Below are positions 13,252-25,920 of a DNA stretch of 39,540 nt, in pieces. The position numbers were made by a program, and so were the translations under genes. The notes below the pieces were generated by a model that had not been told where the DNA came from, did not search any database, and saw nothing but the letters and a program-made list of their open reading frames with translations. Source of the stretch: Sarea resinae (Eukaryota). Numbering within the stretch: the first letter of the stretch is position 1; each line of letters opens with the position of its first letter. Location of the stretch: the NCBI GenBank assembly GCA_026026165.1, contig JAPEUD010000020.1:310001-349540 (forward strand), written 5' to 3'.

Positions 13252-13673
13252 GGTTGTAAGCCTTAATAGCCTGCTAAAGAAGCCTATCCTCCTATAATTT
13301 CATAGCCTTTTCACCTATAGCCACTGAAATTCCTTTAAAAAAGAGTTAAGCTTTCTCTTTTTCACCTAAAAAGACTAGGTCCTATAGTCTTTATAGTCCC
13401 TAGGTAGTTATTTAGCTTTTAGATATATAACTTAGCTTGCAGTTAAGAACCACTTACAGTAGACTGCTTATATTAAGCCTATACTTATAGACATTAGGTG
13501 TATATATACTTAATAAAGATTTTCCTAATCCTTTGTGCTGCCTTATAGGTAAGTGCTTAATATATGCTGCCTTTACCTAGTCCTATAGTATCTATAGCTT
13601 GTGTCTATAGAACTATAGCATATCCTTAGCAGCTTGTGTTCTATAAAACAGCCTTTGTGCTAACCTTTTATGC

Positions 13674-14214
13674 TGTTAGAAGGCAGCACAAAGATATAAG
13701 TAGAGGAAGGTGCTAAAGAAGTGTAGTATAGAATGATTGTGTATTATAAACTTAGAGATTCTAGCTATAGAGGTGTAAGGCAGTCAATATATAGACTTGA
13801 CTAACTTACTAGAAACTTCTAGTGATGACTAATTACATGAGTGATTTGTAAGCAATAGGCTGACAATGACATAGGCTTTGTAAGAAAGTCAGGAGATAGT
13901 TGTGTAACCTTTATGTCATAGAGTTCTATAGATATCTAAGAGATTCTATAGACTTCTAGACAGTTCTAGAACATTCTAGAAAGTTCTAGAAGGTTCTAGA
14001 TGCTTAGTCAGCATATAGTGATGCTTAGTCAGCATATAGTGATGCTTAGTCAGCATAGCTATAGAATCTTCTAGAATGTTCTATAAGATTCTATAGAGTT
14101 CTATTAGCTTCTATAGGTCTGTAGAAGCTTCTAGATGTATCTATACTGTCATATGACATTCTGTAACAGTCTAGATACTTAAGAGTGACTAGAATTAAGG
14201 TTATAATTCTAACA
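13674..14214 (-). mobile_element. Solo LTR (copia family), inverted orientation
   Basis: TGTTAG...CTAACA with 5-bp TSD TATGC at 13669-13673 and 14215-14219. Near-identical reverse complement of 16049-16588. Confidence 0.92.
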
Positions 14215-15020
14215 TATGCATCTATAGAACTTGTAATAGTGGTGCAAAAGCATAAGACACTCTTTGTGCAGCTATTTCACATATCTATAGAACTTCTAAG
14301 TTCTATAGGTGTATAAAAGTCATACTAGTGTGATTCTACTACTTGCAGTAGAATACACCTAATAGCTAGTAGTCCTTTTCTCTGAAATTAGGTAGGAGAT
14401 TAGTAATCACAGCTATATCTAATCCTGCATATAAAATCCCTAAGCTGCAAGGCAGCTCTAATTAGGATTTCTAGTCTATAAGGATAGAATCCCTGCTTAT
14501 AGAGAAGGGCTATTTTAAAGTCATGTTAAAAGACTCTAATAATAGTACAGATTTAGATTCAGACTATTTTAGGGCAAAATCTGTAAAAGCTCTAGCCTAT
14601 ATTAGGCTTGCTCTAGCAGATAGCCTATTACTAAAGACTAGATATCACACTAATCTATAAAAATTATAGGCTAGTCTGTAAGATCTCTATAAATCTAAGG
14701 GATTTAATTCTAAATTCCTAATTTATAGAGAGTTGTTTAGTACTATAACTCTTAAAAAAAATGCAAGGATCTAGAAGTTATATCACAAAAACTAAGCAGC
14801 TAAATAATAAGCTAAGGGCTAGAGATCCAATTCCACTTAATAAATTTATAGCTGTGTAGACTCTAAACAACCTTACTAGTAACTATAATAATATAGTTAC
14901 TATTATTACACAAACAATTAACAAAAGCAAAGACAAGGATATTAACCTAGGGAAAATCTTTGCACAGCTAATAGATAGTAACTCTAAGAGATTTAAGGTC
15001 TCTAAGAGCACTAGCACTAG

Positions 15021-15573
15021 TAACTATCAGCAAAAATGTAAAATGTTTCATGCACCTATAGTGTTACAACATGAGACTATAGTGACTTCCTAATGTTTCT
15101 GTTTACTATGTATTTTTATGACGCTACTATATAGCCTTATAATGCTACAAGTAAGGTAGTGATACTTTATAATAATTCGCTAATCGCTTACATAAGCGAA
15201 AAATTAAGCGGAATTAAGCGGAATTAGCTCTAGCGCTATAGGCATCAACGCTATAACTTCCTAAATAGGAAACTATGAAAATTCATGAAAATTCACTTTG
15301 TAATTAGCAAGCGCTCACCCTATAGCCCTATAGGCTAGGCATGCTAGAACTACCTATAAGTGCTAAGTTCGCGAAGTTGCACTAGTGGCATGAACAGGTC
15401 ACCAGAGTACGTACCTAGCGTCAAAGGCTTCTAGAGTTATTAGAAGCTACCTTAGTAGCTCTATAGAATAAGCAACTCTATAAGAGGCTAAAACTTCTAT
15501 AGGCTCTCTAGACTATCCTAGCCTTCTAGAGTCTCTAGGAGCAGTTCGCAATTTTTGCTGATAATAATAGTTA
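15021..15573. mobile_element. Non-autonomous TIR element with 9-bp TSD (Mutator/MULE-like MITE)
   Basis: TSD TAGCACTAG at 15012-15020 and 15574-15582. TIRs TAACTATCAGCAAAAATG.. / ..CAATTTTTGCTGATAATAATAGTTA. Removal restores the gag frame (SKSTSTSKDIEVAL). Confidence 0.8.
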
Positions 15574-15957
15574 TAGCACTAGCAAGGATATAGAGGTAGC
15601 TCTTACCTCTAAGAGCAAAAAACACTGTGATTATTAAAGGCTAAATAATTATAATAAGTCTATATGCTTTAAAAAGCACTTTAAGCTAAGGAAAAGCAAA
15701 AAGCCTAATGCTAAAAAGCATTGTGCTAACTCCTCTATAGTAGAGGAACTATAAGAGGAAAAGAGCTTTATAGCTATAAGCTCTAATTCCTATAGATACC
15801 CTAAATCAGTGTTAGAATGCACTGTTATAAGCACAGTGTTAGAATGCACTGTTATAAGTATAGTCCTAGAGAGAACTGTTACAAAGCTATAAAAAGGCAC
15901 TACTACACCTAAAGCTTTATATAGCTGTATAAAATTCAAGCTAAAATGCATTGTTAC

Positions 15958-16987
15958 TAGGGTAGCTGCTCTAACTAGATTTTCTAATCTAATAGTTCTG
16001 CAGATAAGGCTTACAGACTAGATAAGGCTAGTCTAGTAACCCATTAACTGTTAGAATTATAACCTTAATTCTAGTCACTCTTAAGTATCTAGACTGTTAT
16101 AGAATGTCATATAACAGTATAGATACATCTAGAAGCTTCTACAGACCTATAGAAGCTAATAGAACTCTATAGAATCTTATAGAACATTCTAGAAGATTCT
16201 ATAGCTATGCTGACTAAGCATCACTATATGCTGACTAAGCATCACTATATGCTGACTAAGCATCTAGAACCTTCTAGAACTTTCTAGAATGTTCTAGAAC
16301 TGTCTAGAAGTCTATAGAATCTCTTAGATATCTATAGAACTCTATGACATAAAGGTTACACAACTATCTCCTGACTTTCTTACAAAGCCTATGTCATTGT
16401 CAGCCTATTGCTTACAAATCACTCATGTAATTAGTTATCACTAGAAGTTTCTAGTAAGTTAGTCAAGTCTATATATTGACTGCCTTACACCTCTATAGCT
16501 AGAATCTCTAAGTTCATAATACACAATCATTCTTACTACACTTCTTTAGCACCTTCCTCTACTTATATCTTTGTGCTACCTTCTAACATTAACCAATAGT
16601 GTGTTAGTAGAACAATAGTCAACCCAACCTAGGATAATCCATTTTAATCCAACATGTAATTTTCAGCACTGTTACATACTGAGAACACACCTATAGGTGC
16701 TGTTTATATGTCTTACAGCATAGTTTCACGCACCTATAGGATGTAACAGTAACAACAAGAGGTAACGCTCTTTTTATTATATAGGAAATTGACTTTTCTT
16801 AGTGTTTATACACCCTAGACCTACGATTACATAAGCACTATGTCACGTGCAGTAGTGCCAAGAAAAAACCGACTAAACTTACAATTGGGTTGGATTTTAT
16901 ACTCTATAACCTATTCACTCTAGAAACCCACATAGGGTTAGTGAACCCTAACCCTAATCCGTTCAACCCAACCTATATGCCAGCCTA
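15958..16987. mobile_element. Non-autonomous hAT-type MITE (about 485 bp net) carrying a solo LTR
   Basis: 8-bp TSD ATTGTTAC at 15950-15957 and 16988-16995. Ends TAGGGTAGC / GCCAGCCTA. Subterminal AACCC/GGGTT repeats. Confidence 0.82.
16049..16588 (+). mobile_element. Solo LTR (copia family) inserted in the hAT MITE
   Basis: TGTTAG...CTAACA with 5-bp TSD TTAAC at 16044-16048 and 16589-16593. Confidence 0.92.
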
Positions 16988-17629
16988 ATTGTTACAGAGT
17001 AGATTCTTAACTTAGGTGTAACAACATATATCTGCTATAAGAGAGAACTTTTTAACAATCTTAGACCCTATAGTACTACTATAGCAACATGTATAAAGGA
17101 TATTAAACTAAGATTTACTCTAACAAATTAGGTAGTAAATATTAGAGATATCCTATATATCTCTAACTTTAGTGTAAACCTACTATCTCTAGAGGCAATT
17201 ATAAATAAGGGCTATAAAGTCAACTTTAGCTATAAAATATCCTTATCTAAGATAATAAGGGTAGTCTTACTACTAAAGAGACCTATACTACATTAGTAAA
17301 AAGAGAAGAGGTCTATGTAGATATAGTGTAGATACATAGTATGTAGTACTAGTTCTATGTAGATAGTAGTGCTACAGTATATCTACAGTGTTGTATAGCA
17401 ATATTGTAGTATATATACTTGTCTACTAGTAGATATAAAGGTAAATACATCTCTATATAGATATACATTGTCTTCTATGTACTTGTTATTAGGTTATATG
17501 TAGTAGATACTTGTTATAATATCTCTATAGAACTTATACATACTATCTATACTACATAGTGTCTACTAACAGCTACATAATATTAGGCAGTTGATTTTGT
17601 ACTACACAAGCTATATAAGCTATATAAGC

Positions 17630-20600
17630 TACACTAGAACTTCTATTAAACTTCTAAAATCTATTTAGTGAAGTATATTTCCTAGTTAATATATTTGTTT
17701 ACTAGAAAACGTTCTTTATAATCTAAGCTGTTAGAAGGTATCTTAATTACATAACTTAGCTCTATTATATCTTTAACGTGTATAATACACTCCTTATTAG
17801 TTATTAGATAGCCTTTACTATAAGCAGCTATATTGTCTAACCTTTTAATAATAGGTAGACAATGTATTATATTCTAACTCTCTAGTTGTTTAGCTTATAC
17901 CTAAGTGATTAAAGCTAGTAATATTAGAGCAAACCCTAGTATAGTAAGACTAAATAGAAATTAATATTAAGCTAATAAATAGGTGCTAACTAGCGCCTAT
18001 CTATTAGCTGTACTATATCTCTCTAGATAGTATACATTGTCTTTTACCTAAACCTAATTGTTTCTTCTACCTACACCTTGCTACAATGTTATACATTAGA
18101 TAGTTAACTCTAACATATCCTTATAGTTGTTATTTACCTCTTAGAAACACATTATAGAAGATGCTTTATCTATAAGCTAGCTACTTATATATAAGTTTAA
18201 TATTTGCTAGTTAATATTTAGCTGACTATGTTTACTAAACAATGTTTTAACAAATATTAGCAAGGCAATTATAAAGTCTAGTAGACCTAGTTTTACAATT
18301 TGTTCTAATAATTGTAATAGATATCTATTAAAACCTTTAAGGATAGGCAATCTAGTATTTAATATCTGTACTATATTAAGAGATAATAGCCTCTCTATAG
18401 CTATCTTACACGCCTTAAAATAGAAACATTAGTTATAGTATTTTAATATCTATAGAGTAGCATGTTAATAATTTAATGCTTACTAGCTTAACTTTACTAT
18501 TATTTAGTAGAGAGCCTCTAAACAGTTAGTAGAGAAGCTATAAAGAGACTTAAATTATCTGATTATAGATATATAGTGACTAATAATATGTATCTTAAGG
18601 AAGTTAAAATATGCACCTGCTTTTAGAGCCTCTTCTCTTATATAATCCTTTGCCTACTATATATTATCTTCTTTTCTCTAACTCTTATTAGAATATACAC
18701 TGTATTTCTGCTTTTGCTTTCTATTAGCTGTTAGCTAAGAAGCTCTTTATAAAGCTCTTTATAACACTATAGCACGTGCTGTTTAGGATACTAAGCGCGC
18801 TATAGCTACTATTCCTTTATTAGTATAAAATCTCTAGAAAATAGCTTTGTGTTTATAGAAGACACTTAGTAGAAGGTCTATACACTTAAGGGTTTTATTG
18901 TTATAAGTATATAGTTATATAAAGAAGATAAAGTTAATAAAGGACTGTATATATATTATTGCTTGCTTAAAATCCTAGTGCTGTTATACAAATAGATTTG
19001 CTAATAATATAGCTGTAATAAGGACTAGGAATTTTACTACATTCTGTATTTCTTTCTCTTACTACTATAATATCTAGAGATAGGTCTTAGTTAGCAGACT
19101 AAAAATTAGATACACTAGTATTACAGTCTATAGAGAGTTAAAAGTGTCTAGTTATTTGTATAGAAGTAGGAATGCTGCTAGCTAGTTTAGAAGGTGCTAT
19201 AGTATACCTATATAAACTTAATGCAGTAGATCTAGTTTTAGCAGATTGTAGATATTAACACTTAGCAGAAACTAGAGGCTATTAAGTGTCTTTCTAACAC
19301 CTTTCTACTCTAGCGTTTATATATTACTCTTCTTTAGAAGTTGCTAGTAGTTTGCTAAGTCTCTTACTATCTAGTTATTGTCTTCTAGATAACAACTAAG
19401 GTTAGCCTATAGATATTTATATACTAGATAGTAGCCTTATATAATATTGTATATTATAACAACCTCTTTATAGTTAGCTACTTACTTAGTAAGCTGTAGA
19501 AAACAATTCTAAGTATAACTATCTATATATAGTATCTATATACTATTCTCTCCTAGCTTTCTAAGTGTCTAAAGAGCCTAATCTAGTCTATTATAGTATA
19601 GTTAATAATAATAATTCTGCTTTTAAACGTTATTCGCTTTAATTTGCTTTAGATAAACTAGTAGAAGACCTAAGAGAATAGTTGCTTGCAATAAAGGTTT
19701 AGCTTAAAGCGTGCTTAGTAAGATACTAATTATAAGATATATTAGCTATATATACTTATCGCCTAAGAAATTAGTTAGATAAGTTTTATTAGACATATAG
19801 ATTAATAGGACTAGTGATAAGTTTTTAGGCAGTGTATCTTAGTAGATAGTTAGCACTATATCTAATACTAGATAAGTGTGATTTATATACCTAAGTCTGC
19901 TACTACTAATTCCTAGTATATATATCTAAGTATAGTTAAGTATTTTGTTCTCTATACAATTTTATAGGCGAATATACAAGCGCCTCTTTAAACTGTAAGT
20001 GTCTAAGTAGAAATAAAATACATCTTAAGAGATCTTTAAGATATATCTATATCTTTTTATTATAATACCCTAAGAAAGATATTTCTTTCTATTCTCTACC
20101 TAGCGTTCTAAGTATAGTTAATATCCTATCTAATTTTTAACGCAGAGTATATACAGATTAGAAACTAGAGCAGTCTTATCTTATAATGTTGTTATTAAAG
20201 AACTTATTAATTGCAGTTAAGGTAATATTGTTCTGTAGAAACTACTACGCTAGTCTATAGTCTTTAATAGTATTAAACAACGCTTAAGATTAACTAAGGT
20301 ATATATTATGTCTTTTATTTAATTGATTAGGCAATTTATATAGTTTGCCTACTAATAGATAAGCTATTAACTAGATAGCTATAAGCTTTGCTAGCGATTA
20401 TATATATAGTGTAGTCTTATAAGCTACTTTATCTAACAACTAACTACTATTATAATCTAGTTAATCTTTAGCGTAGTTAATATCTATCTTGCTATAGATA
20501 TCTGCTAGAATATTGCAGTTAGTATAGCTATTAGTGTTGTTGTTAATTGTAGAGCTAATATCTGCTATTTTACCTTAGTGTTTATTGCGTTTCTTAAATA

Positions 20601-20682
20601 ACAGTAGATTATAGCGTCTTATATATAAAGTTAACTATAGAGAGTGCGTTGTATTATAACTATATATATAGCATTTTAACAT
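17630..20682 (-). pseudogene. Plavaka-family transposase with N-terminal C2H2 zinc finger (RIP-inactivated)
   Basis: De-RIP reading: ATG 20682 with CxxC-x12-HxxxH; NPWAPFDTIEDYRLAWWF; MHTGNWWWQTQ|intron|DTLP...PLICMSDKTHLTNFSGDKHVWPMYLTIG about 19790; PDLLHQVYMG about 19230; SQWQGKEMRN about 19060; C-terminal FLVNKYIDW about 17690. End coordinate approximate. Confidence 0.88.
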
Positions 20683-21629
20683 TGCAATATCCTCTAGTAG
20701 TTGTTGCTATACATATAATAGTGTAGGTAATTGCTTTACACATTATATTTATAGAGGCGAGTTTAAAAGTCTAAAGAGTGACTAAGTTATTAGTTAGGTG
20801 ATATTAGTGTTAGTATATAGGCAACCTATACATTTATACTAATATAGGTAGATAAGGTAGTGATTTCTATTTCTACACATATATTAATTAATATACACCT
20901 TTATATTAAGCTTATATTAGGATAGGACTTCCTAAGCATAATTATTATATTGCTCTTACCTAGAAAAAGCATAAACTCTAGCAGACCTATATAGTACACC
21001 TAATTCTATAAGATTAGCACCTTACTAACTAAAGAGACTTAGTAGAGAAAAGTACCTTATTAGCTAACTGCTAGTAGCCTTTATTATCTACTCTCTAGTC
21101 CTTTAAACTAACTGTCTAGGTGATCTAAACAATTGTCTTATTATTAGCTATTAGATATATATTATACTCTTAATCTAACAAATAAAAGCAAGGCAGTATT
21201 ATAACGTTGTATAAAACGCATTGCAAGTTAGTATAAGATATATAACACTGTCTAAGCAAGGGCTAAACAAGTTAATAATTTAATTAGAGATATAATCTAG
21301 CAGGTAGACTTCTCTTTAGCCCTAGCAGATTACTTTAGATAACAACCTTAAAGATAGGCAGACTATTAGGAATACTTATATATTGTTATCTAAGATTGTT
21401 ATAAAAAGGAGCGAGATTAAAAGAAGAGAGAATATAGTCCTCTTATAGCAGATAGTGACACAACTAATAATAATAATAGAGAAGGCAAAGATAATAGTAG
21501 TACACTACTATCTACTAGCGTAGTAGAAATATTAACTTCTAGTATAAAGACTCTAACTAGTAAGTAATATCTAATACCTATTTAATATCTATATCCTTAT
21601 ATACTAGATAGTTAAACGTTATATTATCT

Positions 21630-22700
21630 AGGATATATACTATAAAGAGAACGCCTTTAAATCCTAGATACACTCTTTTCTATCCTCTTTAATAGAATCT
21701 ATCTAATAAGTTGTTAGACGCTATATACCTAGCTATAAGATAGTTTAGATAGACTTAGATATTAACTACTAGACGTTTTAGATTAAATATAATAGTGAGC
21801 TAGAGTCTGCCTTTAAACTTTTTCTAGAAGAAACTATACGTTTAAAAATTATAAGTGTAGCCTATAATATAACACTATAACTATTTAATAATATATGTCT
21901 AGATAACTAGACTATCTTTACCTAAGAGATAATTATCTACTAATTGTTATTATCTAGCATTACTAAAGAGATATATATCTGTATAAAACCTAATAAACAG
22001 ACAGATTACAGAAATTTACAATTTAGAAGAAGAGTAAGCAGATAGTATATCACTTAATTGTAGGATTAGACCTAAACTAATAATGTAGGACTCTTATCCT
22101 ACTAAGTACCTCTTATTACTAGCCCTAAACATGCAAGTAAAAGTAGTTTGCCTTAGAAGAGGCTATTATCTTGCTACCTAAGTAGTAGTAAGTAGATATA
22201 CTATACATATCTATTAGATATTACTAAGAGATAACTGTTGTTATATATCAGATAAAATTCCTATCTGCTTTGCTAATAAGATTATATACACAGATAAATA
22301 CAGCATACTAGAAAGACTAAAGAGGCGCTCTTATTATTGTGTATTAGATAGTTTAATTAATTATAATAAGCGTGTCTAGCGTGATAATAAAAGCATCTCT
22401 ATAATATATAACTATAATAAGATAGTAGGTGTTTAGCAGAAGCTTTCTCTAGTCCTTAGTAAAGAAACCTAATTATCTACTGCACTTTCTTTAGAGGTAG
22501 TTATATAACGTTCTATTATATAAACTATATATTAGTATCTGTTTTAAGTCTATTATATTATCTATATAATAAAAGTCAACTAATAGATAACACTATACAC
22601 TAGTCTAAATATCTAATTAGCTTTGTATAGTAGGTTAGCTACTCTAATTAGCGTTTAAGTGATTTAAAGACCTACTTTAGCTAAAGATACAGATAAATTT
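21630..22700 (-). pseudogene. Unidentified RIP-degraded cargo gene
   Basis: One minus frame over about 21630-22050 has only RIP-type stops and protein-like content (..IRPFIGFHTDVYLFGNAG..RRGWKGVYPGFEGVLF..). 5' extent is a guess and no family was recognised. Confidence 0.3.
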
Positions 22701-25304
22701 AGTGATAAACTAGACTTAATTTGTATGCAAATAAGATAATCTACTAATTGTATTAGTTATTAATCTGCTTCTATATAGTACTATATACTCTAGTCTATTG
22801 TTAAGGACTACTATAGCACGATATTATAGTAAGGTACTCTTAAGTATATTTATATATCTCTTAGTATACTATTATATAGTAGCTATATAAATCTAAGTAG
22901 ACTATAACTACCTACTATGTTATAGTCTAAGATATACCTAGGTAGGTACTATATCTACTATAGTACCTTACCTACCTAACTACCTAGTACATTGCTTATC
23001 TATTATATAACATAAGGTAGTGCTTCTAATATATGTTGCATGTATATAGTAGCTATTAGCTAAAATGCAGATTTTATATGCAGTGTTACTCTACTATTCT
23101 TACTCTACCTCTTTATTTAATATTAAAATGCTAGATATACTACAGTTAATACTCTATTATAAGACTCTATCTTAACATTATATTAGCAGACAGTTTACTT
23201 AAGTAGTAGACTAACTATTAGACTTTTATCACTAAGTAGACACTATACAAGTAGTGCTGCTATTTATATTGCTTTAACCTTACTCCTACACTAATAGCTA
23301 TCTAAAACATAAGCAAACTATTATCTATATAATATATTGTATATTAGATATAATATTAGTTAGAGGTGCAATATTACGCACTAGATATACTAATAGCATT
23401 AAGTGCTAATAGCTAGAAACAGTTAATAATAGCAACGTTTCTTTATCTTCTTTCTTATATATTATAATGTTATTATTCTTTGTTCTATTTAGTTAGCTCT
23501 CTATTTACCTTATATCTCTATTTACTTCTGCTACTCTTATTTGCTGCTGCTACTCTTATTTACCTTACGCTATGCTAACGCGTTATTTATCTAATATTAA
23601 AGCTATAAAACCCTTACTACCTAGTCTAGCCTAATTAAGAATTCCTACTAGATATAACCTTACTTTATTACTAATTCAGATAATTATTCTATTAAGATAT
23701 TAACTTTATCTCTAGCCTTATTAGCTCTTTACTTATATTCTCTTATGTTATTATCTTTTAGCTTGTTATATCTCTCTTAGTCTAGCAGCCTAATTATTCT
23801 TATTATACTAAACTTAAGTTTAGTGCTATACTTTTAGCCTTAATTACTTTCTACTTATTCTCTCTACTAGTTATCTCTCTACCTCTTAATATATTATAAC
23901 AATCTAGCTAAGTAAGCTACTCTCTTATTATACAACAGATATAACTAATAAGAGATATAATAGGATGTAGTTTGTTAACTAGAATAAGAGACAGTTATAA
24001 GACCTAATCCTTAAGTATAAGAACTTATAAAAGAGAGGCTATTAGAAGTGTACCTAAATCTAGGTGTTATATTAAACAAAGCTAAGACTAGATTATAAGA
24101 GGCTATCTAGCAAGTATTATCTAACTATAGCTGCACTAACCTTTAAGCAGCAGGAAATTATATAGTTAACACTATAATAGAGGACATGATATAATCTACT
24201 AACTTTCTAATACTATCTGCAGACTAAATTAGAAGACAAGCTGCTAGATAGAGCTATAATTAGGAACACCTATTTATTATTATATAAGATATCTATAAGA
24301 AGCTATAAGATAATATAAAGAAAGAACTACAATCTAAAAGTAGAACTCAATTATTGCTCTTATCTAACACCTCTAGTACTTTAGCTACCTCTTACTAGCT
24401 AGCTCTCTCTTAGTAGAAAGCTACTAAACAGATATTGCAGCAGCTTATAGAGATATCTATAAGTAAGAGACATATAATTATATTGATTAAATAGCACTTG
24501 CTAACAGCTAATAGACATTTAATCTAACTCTAATACCTTTCTACCTAGTAGCCTTACTACTCTTTATACACTAATACCTTCTTATCTACTAACTATCTAT
24601 ATAGCACCTCCTCTTATAGAACTACTAATAGGTAAGAGGTATATATATTTATCTATTAACTAATATTTGCTAATAGTTAATAGATAACTAACTAGCTAAA
24701 TAGTATATAACAATAGATAATAAGATAAGCACCTAACTTTTCCTACTATTATCTCTAACTATAGATAGTATCTGTAATATTATTGCTAGGTTTATCCTAT
24801 AAGCAGCGATTATTAATAAGATTAAGACAGATATAGAGAGAGAGAGAATTAGATTAGAATACAATAAAGAGGTTATACTAGTACTTAAGTTAGGCCTATA
24901 ACTAATTGTATTCTATGTTATAAGTGTCTCCTTATAAGAGTATATTAATTTCTAGTTGTTAACCTTATATAGGATGTAAAACGCAGAAACCTTAAGCAGG
25001 CTAGTAACAACTTAGTTTCTATACAGATAAGACCTAGACTAGGTATATACACTGTCTGCTATAAGGTATTATGTCTAGTCCTAATACAGTTGTTAACTGT
25101 CTAGTGCAACAGACTGTTTAATTATCTAACTAGAGACATATTATACAAACCTAAATGTAATAACACTAAATACTACTTTACTCTCTACTACTAAGACTAG
25201 CTAACACTTACTAAAGAGTTAGTTGTTAGGCCTTATAGCAAGTGTTAGCTAGTCTAGTAGCACACCTAAGTTGTTGTAACCTCTGCTATAAAAAACTTAA
25301 CAAC

Positions 25305-25430
25305 TATCTAAGAGTTAGTTGCTAGGCTTATCTAAGAGTTAGTTGCTAGGCTTATCTAAGAGTTAGTTGCTAGGCTTATCTAAGAGTTAGTTGCTAGGCT
25401 TATCTAAGAGTTAGTTGCTAGGCTTATCTA
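25305..25430 (+). repeat. Perfect 24-bp tandem repeat x5.25, between two ~115-bp direct repeats (about 25160-25275 and 25475-25590)
   Basis: Unit TATCTAAGAGTTAGTTGCTAGGCT, in frame with the SNF2 N-terminus. Confidence 0.95.
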
Positions 25431-25920
25431 CAAATAAATTGCTAGTTATAGATCTAGAACAAGACTGTTTGCTAATAACACTAAATATAACCTTACTCTC
25501 TACTACTAAGACTAGCTAACACCTACTAAAGAGTTAGTTGCTAGGCCTTATAGCAGGTGTTAGTTAGTCTAGTAGCACACCTAAGTTATTACTATATTAG
25601 CTAAAGGAAACGCAACGTCTGTTACTAGTTCCTAAGCTAGGTCGCTATAACGTTAAGCGTAAGCTGCTAGACTTAAACGCAGTACTATTCCTTATTACTA
25701 TAGAGCTAACTCCTTATAGACCTATCACTGCAAATTAAAGATAACATTTTTAATAAGCTTATATATAACCTAATAAGAGATAAGGCTAATAAAGAAGACA
25801 TTAATAGCAAGGATACTAATAAAGAGGATGTTAAGGATAAAGATAACAACAAAGATAATATTAATAATAATAATAGCAACAAAGATAACGTTAATAACAA
25901 GGATTATCTACCTGTTAAAA

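Larger units (their letters stand above)
14415..17290 (+). pseudogene. Copia gag-protease relic (interrupted by two MITEs and a solo LTR)
   Basis: De-RIP reading MSNPAYKIPKLQGSSNWDFWSIRMESLLIEKG at 14415. Degenerate Zn knuckle (CDY.RLNNH...CFKKH) about 15625. Protease WILDSGATTHIC at 17000 and NLLSL at 17177. Confidence 0.88.

Noticed and set aside
13674..16588. Single DNA transposon with 540-bp TIRs
   Set aside because: Each repeat has TG..CA ends and its own distinct 5-bp TSD, so they are two solo LTRs.
16941..16958. Telomere-like AACCCTAACCCTAA
   Set aside because: Only two units, within the AACCC-rich subterminal region of the hAT MITE.
25305..25430. CRISPR-like array
   Set aside because: Head-to-tail tandem units without spacers, in a eukaryotic coding relic.
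25706..25900. Leu/Ser-rich 64-aa minus-strand ORF
   Set aside because: Antisense shadow of the RIPed acidic tract of the SNF2 gene.
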